The notes under the pieces: model-generated
The model's input: only the letters and a program-made list of their open reading frames with translations
What the model was told of the DNA's origin: nothing
Databases searched by the model: none
From: Octopus vulgaris
Lineage: Eukaryota
DNA length: 64,000 nucleotides
NCBI GenBank assembly: GCA_951406725.2
Contig: OX597823.1
Span: 49,662,001 to 49,726,000 of the forward strand
Reading direction: 5' to 3'
Translations under genes and position numbers: made by a program
Shown here: positions 62,701 to 64,000 of the stretch, in pieces
Layout of the letters: each line of letters starts with the position of its first letter
How positions within the stretch are numbered: the stretch's first letter is position 1

Positions 62701-64000
62701 CTGCCGGTAAATATCAACACCCCTTTAAAGCATGTGGGGTTGCAGGTTATAGAAAGACATGTATGTATGTATACATACATATATATATATGTATATATAT
62801 ATAACTTAATCAACAAATAAAGGCGTCGCCGTCATTTTAGGGGAAGGGAGAGAACTCCACCCACATTGTGTAGGAAGCAGACAGTTCTACCCTGGTTAAA
62901 CTAAATCTGTATCAGGCTGTTTTCTGAAAGGCTTTCACTAGAAAATTGACAGGGTACTACTTGCCGATGAAATGTGCCTACCAGTTAGCTAAAGCACAAC
63001 TATCTTCTGTATCTGTTAAGCTACACTGATGCAACTTACAAATCTTACTTGAGTTATAAATTTAATTGAAATCATTTTTTTTCTTATTTTATAATATTTT
63101 TCTTGCTAATTTCCTTCTCGTTATCATTAATTTATACCAAATACGTAATAGCTAAGAAATGGGAGGAGCATAAAACAAGTACTACTTTTTTCTTCCTCCC
63201 CTTTAAATTTTTAATCAGGATATCTAATTCTCAATTAATGGTTATTTCTTTATTTCTGTTGTGTTTCTTTCTAAGCTAGTTTTTAAGATGGAGAGGTAAT
63301 AATAAAGGTGCTACCCACCACCTTTCTGGATGCTTCCATCTACTACTTAACTGTTCACATAAAACAATAATGGAATAAATATGTACCCATAAAATCTTAT
63401 CTAGTAGATAAATATTCATTTCCATATAGATACTGAAATATCCTAACACATTTTTCAATTTCTTCAAGTATTTTTACAATATATATTTCAAGTTTTTCTA
63501 CCTTTAACACCTACGCATACACACACATATATATTAAAAGAATTATTTTTAATTTAGAAGTAGAATTTCATCAATTAGAAGTATATTCACATTGAGTTAA
63601 AAACAATAACTTGGTTATAATTTGCATCTCAAGACATAAAAAAAAGCCTTTATTAAAAAAAAAAAACTTGTGAAAAAGATGTAACATTTTCAAGTTTAAA
63701 TAACTTGTTTAGTAAAGAAAGGTGACAACTTCAAGCAATATTTAGTTATATAGCTGATGTATGATTGTACATAAACCTCTATCAATCCACAAAGAATCAC
63801 ATACTGCAGGTGATTGAAAGTAATTATAATACCTTGATGTGTCTATGTGTATAGCTTGTGGTAATTTTACATTAGTTCTAAAATACTAATGAGCCTATAT
63901 TATGATAATTGTCTGTTGGTTAATATTTTTCTCTTTTCTAAAGGAATTTTTGTATGTAGTGATACTAAATTTAGTTTCCAACATAATAAATGGTAAACAG

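Overview
Eukaryotic, very AT-rich, microsatellite- and SINE-saturated genomic DNA. The SINE families and (TA)n/(CA)n density suggest a coleoid cephalopod such as Octopus (inference, no search run). Only one convincing host gene is visible: a minus-strand C2H2 zinc-finger transcription factor. Its main coding exon is about 50797-52309 and encodes five N-terminal fingers, a PEDLS motif and an Ikaros/Hunchback-like C-terminal finger pair. It has candidate short upstream start exons at about 60.46 and 62.61 kb, a CpG-rich promoter-like element at about 61.9 kb and a perfect intronic estrogen-response-type palindrome. The other ~50 kb is mostly repeats: at least four tRNA-derived SINE families, decayed Penelope-like, CR1/L2-type, RTE and R4/REL LINE fragments, mariner/piggyBac/hAT MITEs and a non-autonomous Helitron. 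Nearly all ORFs in the supplied track are microsatellite artefacts. The most notable observations are the decayed minimal hammerhead ribozymes in Penelope-type termini, a SINE-LINE shared 3' stem-loop, SINE arrays in (AAT)n tracts, a 45-bp-unit foldback, and the architecture and regulation of the zinc-finger gene. I see no strong evidence for a wholly new multi-gene system.
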